27,008 nt of DNA from a virus (lineage: Duplodnaviria > Caudoviricetes): positions 1 through 27,008 of the IMG/VR virus record IMGVR_UViG_3300010362_000089; one strand, written 5' to 3'. Under the pieces are notes generated by a model. That model was not told the origin of the DNA. It saw only the letters and a program-made list of their open reading frames with translations, and did no database searches. This document shows positions 1-6,950 of the stretch, piece by piece; within the stretch, counting starts at the first letter, position 1; the number at the start of each line of letters is the position of its first letter. The position numbers were made by a program, and so were the translations under genes.

Positions 1-13
1 CCGCGCTCCTCGG

Positions 14-802
14 TTGATGGCCACCACCGCGCTCAGCTCCGATCTCAGCCAGCTGACGTTTGGCGTTGAGCTGGAGTGCTATTTGCCGACCACTCACAAT
101 CATTCCTCTGGCGCGCGCGCTGTGACCGATGGCGGCGTTGAATGCCATGCCGAACTCTATGGCCATGACACTCGCTCGCATTGGAAAGTGGTCACCGACG
201 GTTCGCTGCAAAACTACACACGCGGTGCTGAATTTGTTTCTCCCAAGTTGCAGGGCAACGAGGGTCTGCAGCAAGTGACCAGTGTGTGCAACACGCTGCG
301 TTCGCTTCGCACACGGGTTTCCAAGCGCTGCGGTGTTCATGTTCACATCGATGCGCGCCAGCAGGACGCAAGCTTTTTCATCAACCTGCTGAAACTTTAC
401 ACCAACAACAGCCAGCTGATTGATCAACTCGTTCCGCCTTCACGGCGTGGCAATACCAATCCTTATTGCCACAACAACTCGATCAATCGTTTGCGCGACA
501 ACATGACACGCAGCGAAGTGCTTCGGATCAACGGCCGGAATTGCAAATTGAATTATGAGGCGTTCGCTCGCCACGGCACCGTTGAGTTCCGGCACGCTGC
601 TGGCACGATTGAAGCAGACAAGGCAACCTATTGGATCAAGTTCTGCATGCGGCTTTACTTGGCCGCGCTCGCTGGTATCAACCAGCGCTTCAATTCGCTC
701 GCCGAGTTGCTCACCGCGATTGGTGCCAACGATGACGAGCGTGGCTGGCTGCTCCGGCGTGCGGAGCGGTTGGCTGCACCGCAACAGCAAGTGGCAGCAT
801 GA
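14..802 (+). CDS. Putative amidoligase (Amidoligase_2, COOH-NH2 ligase fold); may be 5'-truncated
   Basis: Motifs TFGVELE, WKVVTDGSL, AEFVSPKL, CGVHVHI, KLN and HGTVEFRHAAGT. The frame is open back to the window edge, so the true start may lie upstream (TTG 14 or ATG 17 within the window). Confidence 0.88.
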   Translation: MMATTALSSDLSQLTFGVELECYLPTTHNHSSGARAVTDGGVECHAELYGHDTRSHWKVVTDGSLQNYTRGAEFVSPKLQGNEGLQQVTSVCNTLRSLRTRVSKRCGVHVHIDARQQDASFFINLLKLYTNNSQLIDQLVPPSRRGNTNPYCHNNSINRLRDNMTRSEVLRINGRNCKLNYEAFARHGTVEFRHAAGTIEADKATYWIKFCMRLYLAALAGINQRFNSLAELLTAIGANDDERGWLLRRAERLAAPQQQVAA

Positions 803-812
803 GGAGGGGAAG

Positions 813-1046
813 ATGGGTAAATTTCAAACTGAAGATGGCATCATCCTTGAAGCTAAAAACGCTGAGGAGGTTGTGCGTCAACTGCACGAGATCTCCATGG
901 CGCCAGCCGAAGATGATGCGATGTGGATGGAAGAAGTTGCCGAGCGCACATTCCAGGCGACTGGCAAAACTTTGCGGTGGGGAACTGCGGCAGATTTCGT
1001 TGAGGACATGCTGGTCGCAGGGTTGCTGAAGGAAATCAAGTCATGA
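813..1046 (+). CDS. Small acidic hypothetical protein (77 aa, MGKFQTEDG...LLKEIKS)
   Basis: ATG at 813 preceded by a strong SD (GAGGAGGGG at 801-809). This is the real part of track ORF 555..1046, and it has an ATGA overlap with the next gene. Confidence 0.8.
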   Translation: MGKFQTEDGIILEAKNAEEVVRQLHEISMAPAEDDAMWMEEVAERTFQATGKTLRWGTAADFVEDMLVAGLLKEIKS

Positions 1047-1597
1047 AGAAGCCAAGATATTATTGGGCTTATGGCTCCAACTTAAATGTTGCAGCCATGC
1101 GTCGCCGGTGCCCTGGTGCAATCAAAAGGGGTCAATTGATTTTGCCGCAGGCCACGCTAGTGTTTCGTGGCGTAGCCGACGTTGAATACCACGATGATGA
1201 TGTGGTATACGGCGGGCTGTGGGAGATCACGCGGAAGGACGAAGATGCGTTGGATCTTTATGAAGGCGTTCGCAAAGATCAGCGCGGAAGAGCAATTGAC
1301 GGTGGTCTTTATGAAAAGCGCTACATGATCATCCGCTTCAAAGGTAGCCCAGAAACGCATCGTGTGTTGTTTTATCAAATGACAAGAACCGACGGTGTGA
1401 TGCCGCCAAGCGGTTATTATATCAACGTAATCGCTGAAGGCTATCAGGACTTCGGATTGCCATTGGAGGCGCTGGACAAGGCGCTGCGTGCATCCTGGAA
1501 TAACAAAGAGACCAATGACTGGCTCCGCGCGCGACATGCTAGGCGCGGTGGCGGTAAATTGGCAAGAGAAATCATCACTGAAACAAATGAGGTATAG
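1043..1597 (+). CDS. Gamma-glutamylcyclotransferase-like protein (GGCT/AIG2-like)
   Basis: YWAYGSNLN, RRCPGA, VYGGLWEIT, LDLYEGV (catalytic Glu position) and PPSGYY...GYQDFGL. Confidence 0.9.
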   Translation: MKKPRYYWAYGSNLNVAAMRRRCPGAIKRGQLILPQATLVFRGVADVEYHDDDVVYGGLWEITRKDEDALDLYEGVRKDQRGRAIDGGLYEKRYMIIRFKGSPETHRVLFYQMTRTDGVMPPSGYYINVIAEGYQDFGLPLEALDKALRASWNNKETNDWLRARHARRGGGKLAREIITETNEV

Positions 1598-1599
1598 CC

Positions 1600-2472
1600 A
1601 TGCGAAGAGTGAGAGACTTAGTTTTACGGGCACAGCCCAACCAAAGCCTAACGTTGGAGGAAATGCGCGAGCGCTTTCCTACCATCTTTGCCGAACAGCC
1701 GCACGAGAGCCGTTCGGACCGTTACGTGTATATCTCCACCAGCGACATGTTGGAGGAGCTAATGCTGCGCGATTTCTTGCCAGTGGAAGCGGCTGTCAGC
1801 CGAACACGTGACGAGCAGCGCCGTCCGTTCACTAAACATCTGTTGCGCTTTCGGCATGCTGCCGATTTGCGTGGTGGCGGCGAACGCCGGGTTGGTGACA
1901 CTTCATTCGAAGTGATCATGCGTAATGCGCACGATGGCACCAGCCGCTACAAGTTCATGGCCGGACTGCTCAGGCTGATTTGCCTGAACGGCTGCGTTGT
2001 CAGCGATGGCACCGTCTCCGAAGTGAGCGTACTGCATGCCGGCAATCGCGACAAGCAGTTGAGCACAGTGGTGGAGGGTGCCTACACTGTGTTGGAGCAA
2101 GGTCCCAAAGTGATGGAGAAAATCAGAACCTGGCAAGGCATCCAGCTCAAAGACGATCAGCGCACGGCCTATGCGGAGGCGGCTCACTCGCTGCGCTTTG
2201 CCAATGCTGAGGGCAAAATCACCACACCGGTTACGCCATCTCAGCTGCTGCATCCACGTCGTTATCAAGACGACAAGCACGATCTCTGGAGCACTTTCAA
2301 TGTGGTGCAAGAGAACGTGATTCGAGGTGGACTCACCGGCATCGGCCGTGATGCCAATGGCCGCATGCGTCGTTCGACAACGCGCGAAGTGCGCGGGATC
2401 GATGGCGACATCAAGTTGAACAGAGCCTTATGGCAACTCACCGAGCGAATGGCTGAGTTGGCTGCGGCTTAA
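1600..2472 (+). CDS. DUF932 family phage/plasmid protein
   Basis: HESRSDRYVYIST, KHLLRFR, NAHDGTSRYKFMAGLLRLICLNG, PRRYQDDKHDLWSTFNVVQENVIRGG and IDGDIKLNRALW. SD GAGGT upstream. Confidence 0.9.
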   Translation: MRRVRDLVLRAQPNQSLTLEEMRERFPTIFAEQPHESRSDRYVYISTSDMLEELMLRDFLPVEAAVSRTRDEQRRPFTKHLLRFRHAADLRGGGERRVGDTSFEVIMRNAHDGTSRYKFMAGLLRLICLNGCVVSDGTVSEVSVLHAGNRDKQLSTVVEGAYTVLEQGPKVMEKIRTWQGIQLKDDQRTAYAEAAHSLRFANAEGKITTPVTPSQLLHPRRYQDDKHDLWSTFNVVQENVIRGGLTGIGRDANGRMRRSTTREVRGIDGDIKLNRALWQLTERMAELAAA

Positions 2473-2474
2473 TC

Positions 2475-2578
2475 GGCTTGGGATGGAGTAACATCCAGAT
2501 GCATCCGCGACGACAACGGGCAAGAAGGTCCCTCATGAACCTTCAACAAGGCGAGGTTCGGTCTCCATCACCAAAGCC
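2475..2578 (+). ncRNA. Candidate structured RNA with tRNA-like ends
   Basis: GATGGAG (2482-2488) pairs with CTCCATC (2563-2569), which is followed by A-CCA. Internal GAAGGT/ACCTTC stem around a CTCATGA-containing loop; GGTTCG near the 3' end. Not a canonical cloverleaf. Confidence 0.35.
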
Positions 2579-2611
2579 ATGGCGCATTGCCGTGAAATCT
2601 CGCAAGTCGTC

Positions 2612-2653
2612 AAATAAAAACAAGTTGCTTTTTCTTCAAATTTAAGGAAGAAT
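2612..2653 (+). promoter_or_regulatory. Putative sigma70-type promoter
   Basis: A-tract (AAATAAAAA 2612-2620), TTGCTT (2625-2630), 17-bp spacer, AAGAAT (2648-2653), in an AT-rich island upstream of SD GAGGGG and ATG 2679. Confidence 0.5.
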
Positions 2654-2678
2654 CAGCAAAATCAGAGGGGAAAGTGAA

Positions 2679-2969
2679 ATGAACATGGCATTTCGACCAA
2701 AGCTGACCAAGCCGAAGACTGTCAAGTATTCACCCAGTGAGGAGAAAATCTTCTTGTTAATTCCGCGCGCTCCAAGGCAAATTTCCATGGATGCGCTTAC
2801 GCACAAATTCTACGACGGCAATATTCGTCCAGGCGGACAGAACACAGTTTCGGTCATGTTGAACTTGTTGATAAAAAAAGTAGACTACAACAAAGAGGCA
2901 TTCAAGATAGTACGAACCGGCCGCGCTGGGCCGCACTCTTCAAAGGTGCAAATTGTTGCCCGCAACTGA
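2679..2969 (+). CDS. Small basic protein, possibly winged-helix DNA-binding
   Basis: Lys/Arg rich. The pattern YSPSEEKIFLLI...ISMDALTHKFY...NTVSVMLNLLIKKV...FKIVR resembles OmpR-type wHTH spacing (inference). Confidence 0.6.
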   Translation: MNMAFRPKLTKPKTVKYSPSEEKIFLLIPRAPRQISMDALTHKFYDGNIRPGGQNTVSVMLNLLIKKVDYNKEAFKIVRTGRAGPHSSKVQIVARN

Positions 2970-4452
2970 ATATCAAACCAAGGTTGAGCCTTACCCACAT
3001 CAGGTGGAGGCGCTTGGCCGTATGAACGGCCATGACGCTTTTGCGTTGCTCATGGCAATGCGCACCGGCAAAACCAAAGTGCTGCTTGACAATTTTGGTC
3101 AGCTGGAAGCCGAAGGCGAAGTCAGCGATCTGCTTGTCATCGCGCCAGCCGGAGTGTATCGCACTTGGGAAACTGCCATTCACGATCATGTGTCTGATAC
3201 ACTGCAACGGCGGCTTGTTGTGTACACTTGGTCGTCTGCTGCTAAAACGCAAAAAGCGCAGTTGCTGCGCCAATCATTTTTGGCCACAGGCAAACCGCGC
3301 GTTTTATTGATGAATGTGGAAGCCTTGAGTTCAGTCCCGGAGGCAAAAGAATTTTGTGTCGCATTCCTGCGCAATCATGACAAAGCCATGATCGCAGTTG
3401 ATGAATCAACAATCATTAAAACACCGCGAACAAAACGTACTCAATTCATCTTGCGCGAGCTTGCACCACGCGCCAAATATCGTCGCATTCTTTCTGGCTT
3501 GCCAACGCCACGTTCGCCATTGGATTTGTATTGCCAAATGGAATTTTTAGATCAACGCATTCTTGGCTATCACTCCTATTGGGCTTTTCGTGCAGTGTGT
3601 GCCATCACTCGTAAAATCACAGTTGGCGGTCGTACTGTTGAAGTTGAAGTTGGCTACCGCAAACAGATAGTTGAATGGATGCAGCAAAAGATTGAGCCGC
3701 ATTCTTTCCGTGTTCCGTTTCGACCAACCATTCCTTCCACTTACACCATTCGTGAAGTACAGCTCAGCAAAGAGCAACGCCGCATTTATGATGAAATCAA
3801 GAATTACGCCACCGCGCGTTTGAGTGAAGAGGTCCACGTTACTGCCACGATTGTCATTGCACAAATTCTCCGGCTGCATCAAGTGCTTTGTGGCCACGTC
3901 ACTGATGAGAATGGCCAACTGCATGATGTGCCGGAACGTCGCACCAGCGAGTTGATTGAGCTATTGGAAGAGTACAATGGCAAGGCAGTGATCTGGTGCT
4001 CATACGATCACAGCATCAAGAAAGTCTGTCAAACATTAGCGCAGGCCTATCCTGTGCTTGGCTCTGATGGCCAGCCATTATCCGCCCAGCCGTGGCCGCA
4101 TCCGCACATCGCTCGCTTCTGGGGCGGCAACACTCGCACTCGTGAAGATGAGGAGCGTCGCTTCACCAACGATCCTTCCTGCCGTTTCATGGTTGCCACG
4201 CCATCTGCCGGTGGCAGAGGCCGCACTTGGTCAGTGGCTGATCTTGTGGTGTACTTCAGCTCCACCTATGACCTGGAACACAGAGATCAAAGCGAGCAGC
4301 GCGTTCAAGGTTTGGACAAAAAGCGCCAAGTAGATTACATTGATTTGATCGCGCCCAATACAGTAGAAAAGAAAATCTTGCAGACTTTGCGCCAAAAAAT
4401 CAACATGGCTGCAACCATCACTGGTGATCAATGGAAGGAGTGGATCATATGA
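2953..4452 (+). CDS. SNF2-family DNA helicase/ATPase
   Basis: Q motif PYPHQ, Walker A variant MRTGKT, VIAP, VDEST (motif II), LSGLP (III), SPLDLYCQMEFL, KAVIWC, GGRGRTWSVAD (V), QSEQRV (VI). TTG start at 2953 or 2956. Confidence 0.92.
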   Translation: MLPATEYQTKVEPYPHQVEALGRMNGHDAFALLMAMRTGKTKVLLDNFGQLEAEGEVSDLLVIAPAGVYRTWETAIHDHVSDTLQRRLVVYTWSSAAKTQKAQLLRQSFLATGKPRVLLMNVEALSSVPEAKEFCVAFLRNHDKAMIAVDESTIIKTPRTKRTQFILRELAPRAKYRRILSGLPTPRSPLDLYCQMEFLDQRILGYHSYWAFRAVCAITRKITVGGRTVEVEVGYRKQIVEWMQQKIEPHSFRVPFRPTIPSTYTIREVQLSKEQRRIYDEIKNYATARLSEEVHVTATIVIAQILRLHQVLCGHVTDENGQLHDVPERRTSELIELLEEYNGKAVIWCSYDHSIKKVCQTLAQAYPVLGSDGQPLSAQPWPHPHIARFWGGNTRTREDEERRFTNDPSCRFMVATPSAGGRGRTWSVADLVVYFSSTYDLEHRDQSEQRVQGLDKKRQVDYIDLIAPNTVEKKILQTLRQKINMAATITGDQWKEWII

Positions 4453-4835
4453 CAAATCGCGTTGAACCAAAGCTTCCTATGGCTCGTGTGCCCACGCCCA
4501 ATATTGATGTCATGCTCAACGAAGGTTTGGCTAAAATTGCCAACGAGGTCACTGATGAATTCGCTCCCAAGCCTGAAAAGCAATTTCGTCGTTCCCAATT
4601 TGCCATCATTGGACATCAGGCAATCGACGCAATGGTTCAAGCGGCAAAAGATGTTGTCACCAAAGCCAATGAAGAACTTGCCGCGATTGAAGCTCGCGCC
4701 GAACAAATGCGAGTTGAATTTGATGAGCGTGACAAAGAGATTGCCGCGATGATGGAGCGCGTTACACGCTTTGGCAATGATCAGCTCTCGGCCCACAGCA
4801 CATTCACAGGACAAAAAGCACTTGAAGACAAATGA
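4449..4835 (+). CDS. Hypothetical helical/coiled-coil protein (128 aa)
   Basis: ATGA overlap with the helicase stop and SD GGAAGGAG upstream; Glu/Ala/Arg-rich heptad-like middle. Confidence 0.75.
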   Translation: MTNRVEPKLPMARVPTPNIDVMLNEGLAKIANEVTDEFAPKPEKQFRRSQFAIIGHQAIDAMVQAAKDVVTKANEELAAIEARAEQMRVEFDERDKEIAAMMERVTRFGNDQLSAHSTFTGQKALEDK

Positions 4836-4909
4836 CCGAAATTCACGTGGCAGTTATCATGTTAGCAGCAATATTCATAGTATTGCTTTCTGTGATATTG
4901 CTGCGCTAA
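4832..4909 (+). CDS. 25-aa single-transmembrane peptide MTEIHVAVIMLAAIFIVLLSVILLR
   Basis: Translated by hand (below the ORF-track cutoff). ATGA-coupled to the upstream stop; a 19-residue uncharged, mostly hydrophobic run is followed by a C-terminal Arg. Confidence 0.6.
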   Translation: MTEIHVAVIMLAAIFIVLLSVILLR

Positions 4910-4911
4910 GT

Positions 4912-4990
4912 CACGCTGGTAAACAGCTCCCAGCGTGGGCAGGCGGTCCGGGACTAGTAATCCCAACAAGCAAGAGCTAGTCCCGGCCGC
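4912..4990. promoter_or_regulatory. Tandem stem-loops
   Basis: CACGCTGG (4912-4919)/CCAGCGTG (4930-4937) and CCGGGACTAG (4948-4957)/CTAGTCCCGG (4977-4986), the latter extended by GCGG/CCGC. No U-tract. Confidence 0.7.
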
Positions 4991-4997
4991 AGCAATT

Positions 4998-5177
4998 ATG
5001 AAACATTTGCACCATTTATTCAAACGTCCTGGAACATGGAAAGATGTGACCATTGGCTATTCACTTTGTGGCAAACGCTTGCCGCGCAAATTGCTGACTC
5101 GATTTCTAGAAGAGACAACTTGTTCACAGTGCAAAAAGAAGGTCGATGCAGGCCTCTCGCCAACACCGACCCAGTAG
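4998..5177 (+). CDS. Small putative Zn-binding protein (59 aa)
   Basis: MKHLHH...SLCG...TCSQCKK gives an H...C...CxxC ligand set. No SD is visible, so the start is uncertain (alternative GTG 4935). Confidence 0.6.
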   Translation: MKHLHHLFKRPGTWKDVTIGYSLCGKRLPRKLLTRFLEETTCSQCKKKVDAGLSPTPTQ

Positions 5178-5178
5178 A

Positions 5179-5232
5179 AACTCGCGACAGGAGGGCAACT
5201 CGCGAGTTGACGCCCAATGAGGAAGGGCGACA
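5179..5232. promoter_or_regulatory. 14-bp perfect palindrome plus SD-occluding hairpin
   Basis: CAACTCGCGAGTTG at 5196-5209; AACTCGCGA repeated at 5179 and 5197; CGCCC (5211-5215)/GGGCG (5225-5229) encloses GAGGAA upstream of ATG 5235. Confidence 0.55.
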
Positions 5233-5234
5233 CG

Positions 5235-5492
5235 ATGCGAGACTTTCAGAAAGAGCGGCGCATGCAAAGAGCGCGTGAAATACATGCGGATGTTGATAAG
5301 ATCATTAAACAGATTAAGCCGTTGCTTGACGGTCGCAACCCAATCTTACGGAGCGTGATATTGTCTGAACTTATTGCAATTCATATTGTCAGATATCATC
5401 CAAACATACGAAAAGAGATGTTACAAACGATAGTCGACACTGCAACCAAGTTAATTTCGTTATATGATGGCCGTCATGGCAAAGGAGGCTAA
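5235..5492 (+). CDS. Hypothetical helical protein (85 aa)
   Basis: ATG 5235 after GAGGAAGGG (track start 5217 is the alternative). The stop abuts the next ATG; the gene is visibly AT-richer than its neighbours. Confidence 0.7.
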   Translation: MRDFQKERRMQRAREIHADVDKIIKQIKPLLDGRNPILRSVILSELIAIHIVRYHPNIRKEMLQTIVDTATKLISLYDGRHGKGG

Positions 5493-5750
5493 ATGTTTGC
5501 GCTTTTAATCAGCACTGCGCTCGCTGCTGAGCCAGCGATGTGTCATCTAGAGCCACTCGATTCTAATGGCTGGCATTATCGCACGCGAATCTCGCCGTTG
5601 CCAGATCGGCTGTGTTGGTATCTTGGACCGCGCATGAAACCACGCAGCGAGCTCTATTGGCCGGAAGCACCGAGCGTGCCGCCGATTGAGATCACGACGC
5701 CGGAGCCAGAACGTGAATTTGATCTGCGCTGGAAAGGAGAAGCGCGATGA
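5493..5750 (+). CDS. Small exported protein with a Cys pair (85 aa)
   Basis: SD AAAGGAGG; short signal-like N-terminus MFALLISTALAA; C...WHYRTR...RLCWYLG core; Pro-rich tail. Confidence 0.7.
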   Translation: MFALLISTALAAEPAMCHLEPLDSNGWHYRTRISPLPDRLCWYLGPRMKPRSELYWPEAPSVPPIEITTPEPEREFDLRWKGEAR

Positions 5751-6046
5751 CTGAGATTGAACAATTACGAACTGAAATTGAACAGCTGCACGCTATTATT
5801 ATCAGGGGTGAAGGAGCATTGATGAAGCTGCGCGCGGAATTGCGCAGCGGATGGACAGTCGAAGAATGCGGTGGCGAAGCCACTCCTGTATTAGCTCAGT
5901 TGCGGGCTGAAACAAGCGTGATCGAAGCGGTTAAGCAGCTTCAGCGTGCTCTCGGTATTAGCGATGACGGTTTGTTTAGTTCTCATACTGCTCAAGTCTT
6001 GCGAGAATACTATGAGAAGAATTGTCCTAAATTCCTGCGTACTTAA
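5747..6046 (+). CDS. Coiled-coil protein with a C-terminal peptidoglycan-binding-like motif
   Basis: TEIEQL heptad repeated twice; AVKQLQRALGISDDGLFSSHTAQVLREY resembles PG_binding_1 (VxxLQxxL...DGxFGxxT). Confidence 0.65.
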   Translation: MTEIEQLRTEIEQLHAIIIRGEGALMKLRAELRSGWTVEECGGEATPVLAQLRAETSVIEAVKQLQRALGISDDGLFSSHTAQVLREYYEKNCPKFLRT

Positions 6047-6501
6047 CGAGCTTTCGGCCGTATCGTAAGTGTGCCGCTGGCGGTGTGAACCTGATATGTC
6101 GCGTTGTCAGTTGCTGTAGTGTTGATGCGGCCTTCTCCTACTTTAATACGCATACTCACGATGCCGCGTTGCTTGGCGGGATCGAACTTGCTCTTGTCCA
6201 GTTTGACGCGGCTGTTTGGCCCAACTGTCACTCTGCTTTCATCAAGCAGCCCGAGCCCAGCACGGCTTGCTTCACGCGTATTAATCCATTGTTGAAAATA
6301 TACATTGCCGCCTCGTTGCAGCGGGTAGGCGCGGCCCTGCACATTGCTCTCTACTTCCCCCCGGACTTCAAGCGCATTTCCAATGCGTCCCGTACCGACT
6401 CCCGCACCTTGCGCTAAAGCTGGGCCGCAGCTAGCGACGAGGTATGCCGCCGCTAGCGCCATGCGAGCGCAGATGATCATTGAGCGCATTGTATTGCGCA
6501 T
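6043..6501 (-). CDS. Exported FecR-domain protein (start uncertain: 6501, 6489, 6480 or 6462)
   Basis: LQRGGNVY...INTREASRAGLGLLDESRVTVGPNSRVKLD...FDP...VGEGR...YQVHTASGTLTIR fits the FecR beta-domain. The hydrophobic leader contains both VASC (lipobox-like) and ALA-Q (SPase I-like) sites. Confidence 0.7.
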   Translation of the reverse strand: MRNTMRSMIICARMALAAAYLVASCGPALAQGAGVGTGRIGNALEVRGEVESNVQGRAYPLQRGGNVYFQQWINTREASRAGLGLLDESRVTVGPNSRVKLDKSKFDPAKQRGIVSMRIKVGEGRINTTATDNATYQVHTASGTLTIRPKAR

Positions 6502-6940
6502 CCAATGCTTGCAACATCTGGTCAGTCCTTTTTTCCAGCGAATCGATCTGTCTTTGAAACGCGTCGAATCGTGCCGTATTCGTCACCTGTAAGTTGTTCA
6601 TGTTGTTGTTCAGCACGTTGATACGGTCGTTGAGCACGTTGTTGAGGCTGTTCATGCCCTCTACTTTTTTGGCTAGCGGAGTGTCGAGTCTATCGACACG
6701 TTCCTCGAACGCTCTCAGATCGTGGCTAACTCGATCGATGCGTGCGTTTACCTGTTCTAGAATTCGCTCACGTGTTCTGATGATCGCGTCGATTTGTTTT
6801 TCTTGCTCAGTAAGCTGCTTGGTCGTTGTCGCATAGAACGCAATCCCAACAGCAACCCAACCGATGATGGTGATGATTGGTGCCCACGGAACCCGGTTCG
6901 CGTAATACGTAAATCTAGGCTCTCCGTTTGGCGGGCTCAT
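6431..6940 (-). CDS. Membrane-anchored coiled-coil protein (lysis accessory; i-spanin-like topology)
   Basis: One N-terminal TM segment (WAPIITIIGWVAVGIAFY) followed by a long heptad region; directly downstream of the endolysin. Confidence 0.7.
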   Translation of the reverse strand: MSPPNGEPRFTYYANRVPWAPIITIIGWVAVGIAFYATTTKQLTEQEKQIDAIIRTRERILEQVNARIDRVSHDLRAFEERVDRLDTPLAKKVEGMNSLNNVLNDRINVLNNNMNNLQVTNTARFDAFQRQIDSLEKRTDQMLQALDAQYNALNDHLRSHGASGGIPRR

Positions 6941-6950
6941 AGGCCGAGGT

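Noticed and set aside
2482-2573. Functional tRNA-Met gene
   Set aside because: No 5-bp T-stem, no D-arm consensus and a bulged anticodon stem; kept only as a tRNA-like RNA candidate.
2499-2645. 48-codon ORF MHPRRQRARRSLMN...
   Set aside because: Overlaps the structured element and the putative promoter, with no recognisable features; cannot be fully excluded because GGAG lies 10 nt upstream.
5475-5495. C-terminal KGG (also at 26097 and 26531) as ubiquitin/Pup-like conjugation tags for the amidoligase
   Set aside because: In each case the codons (AAAGGAGG or AAGGGCGG) double as the SD of the next gene, which explains the motif; no beta-grasp pattern is evident.
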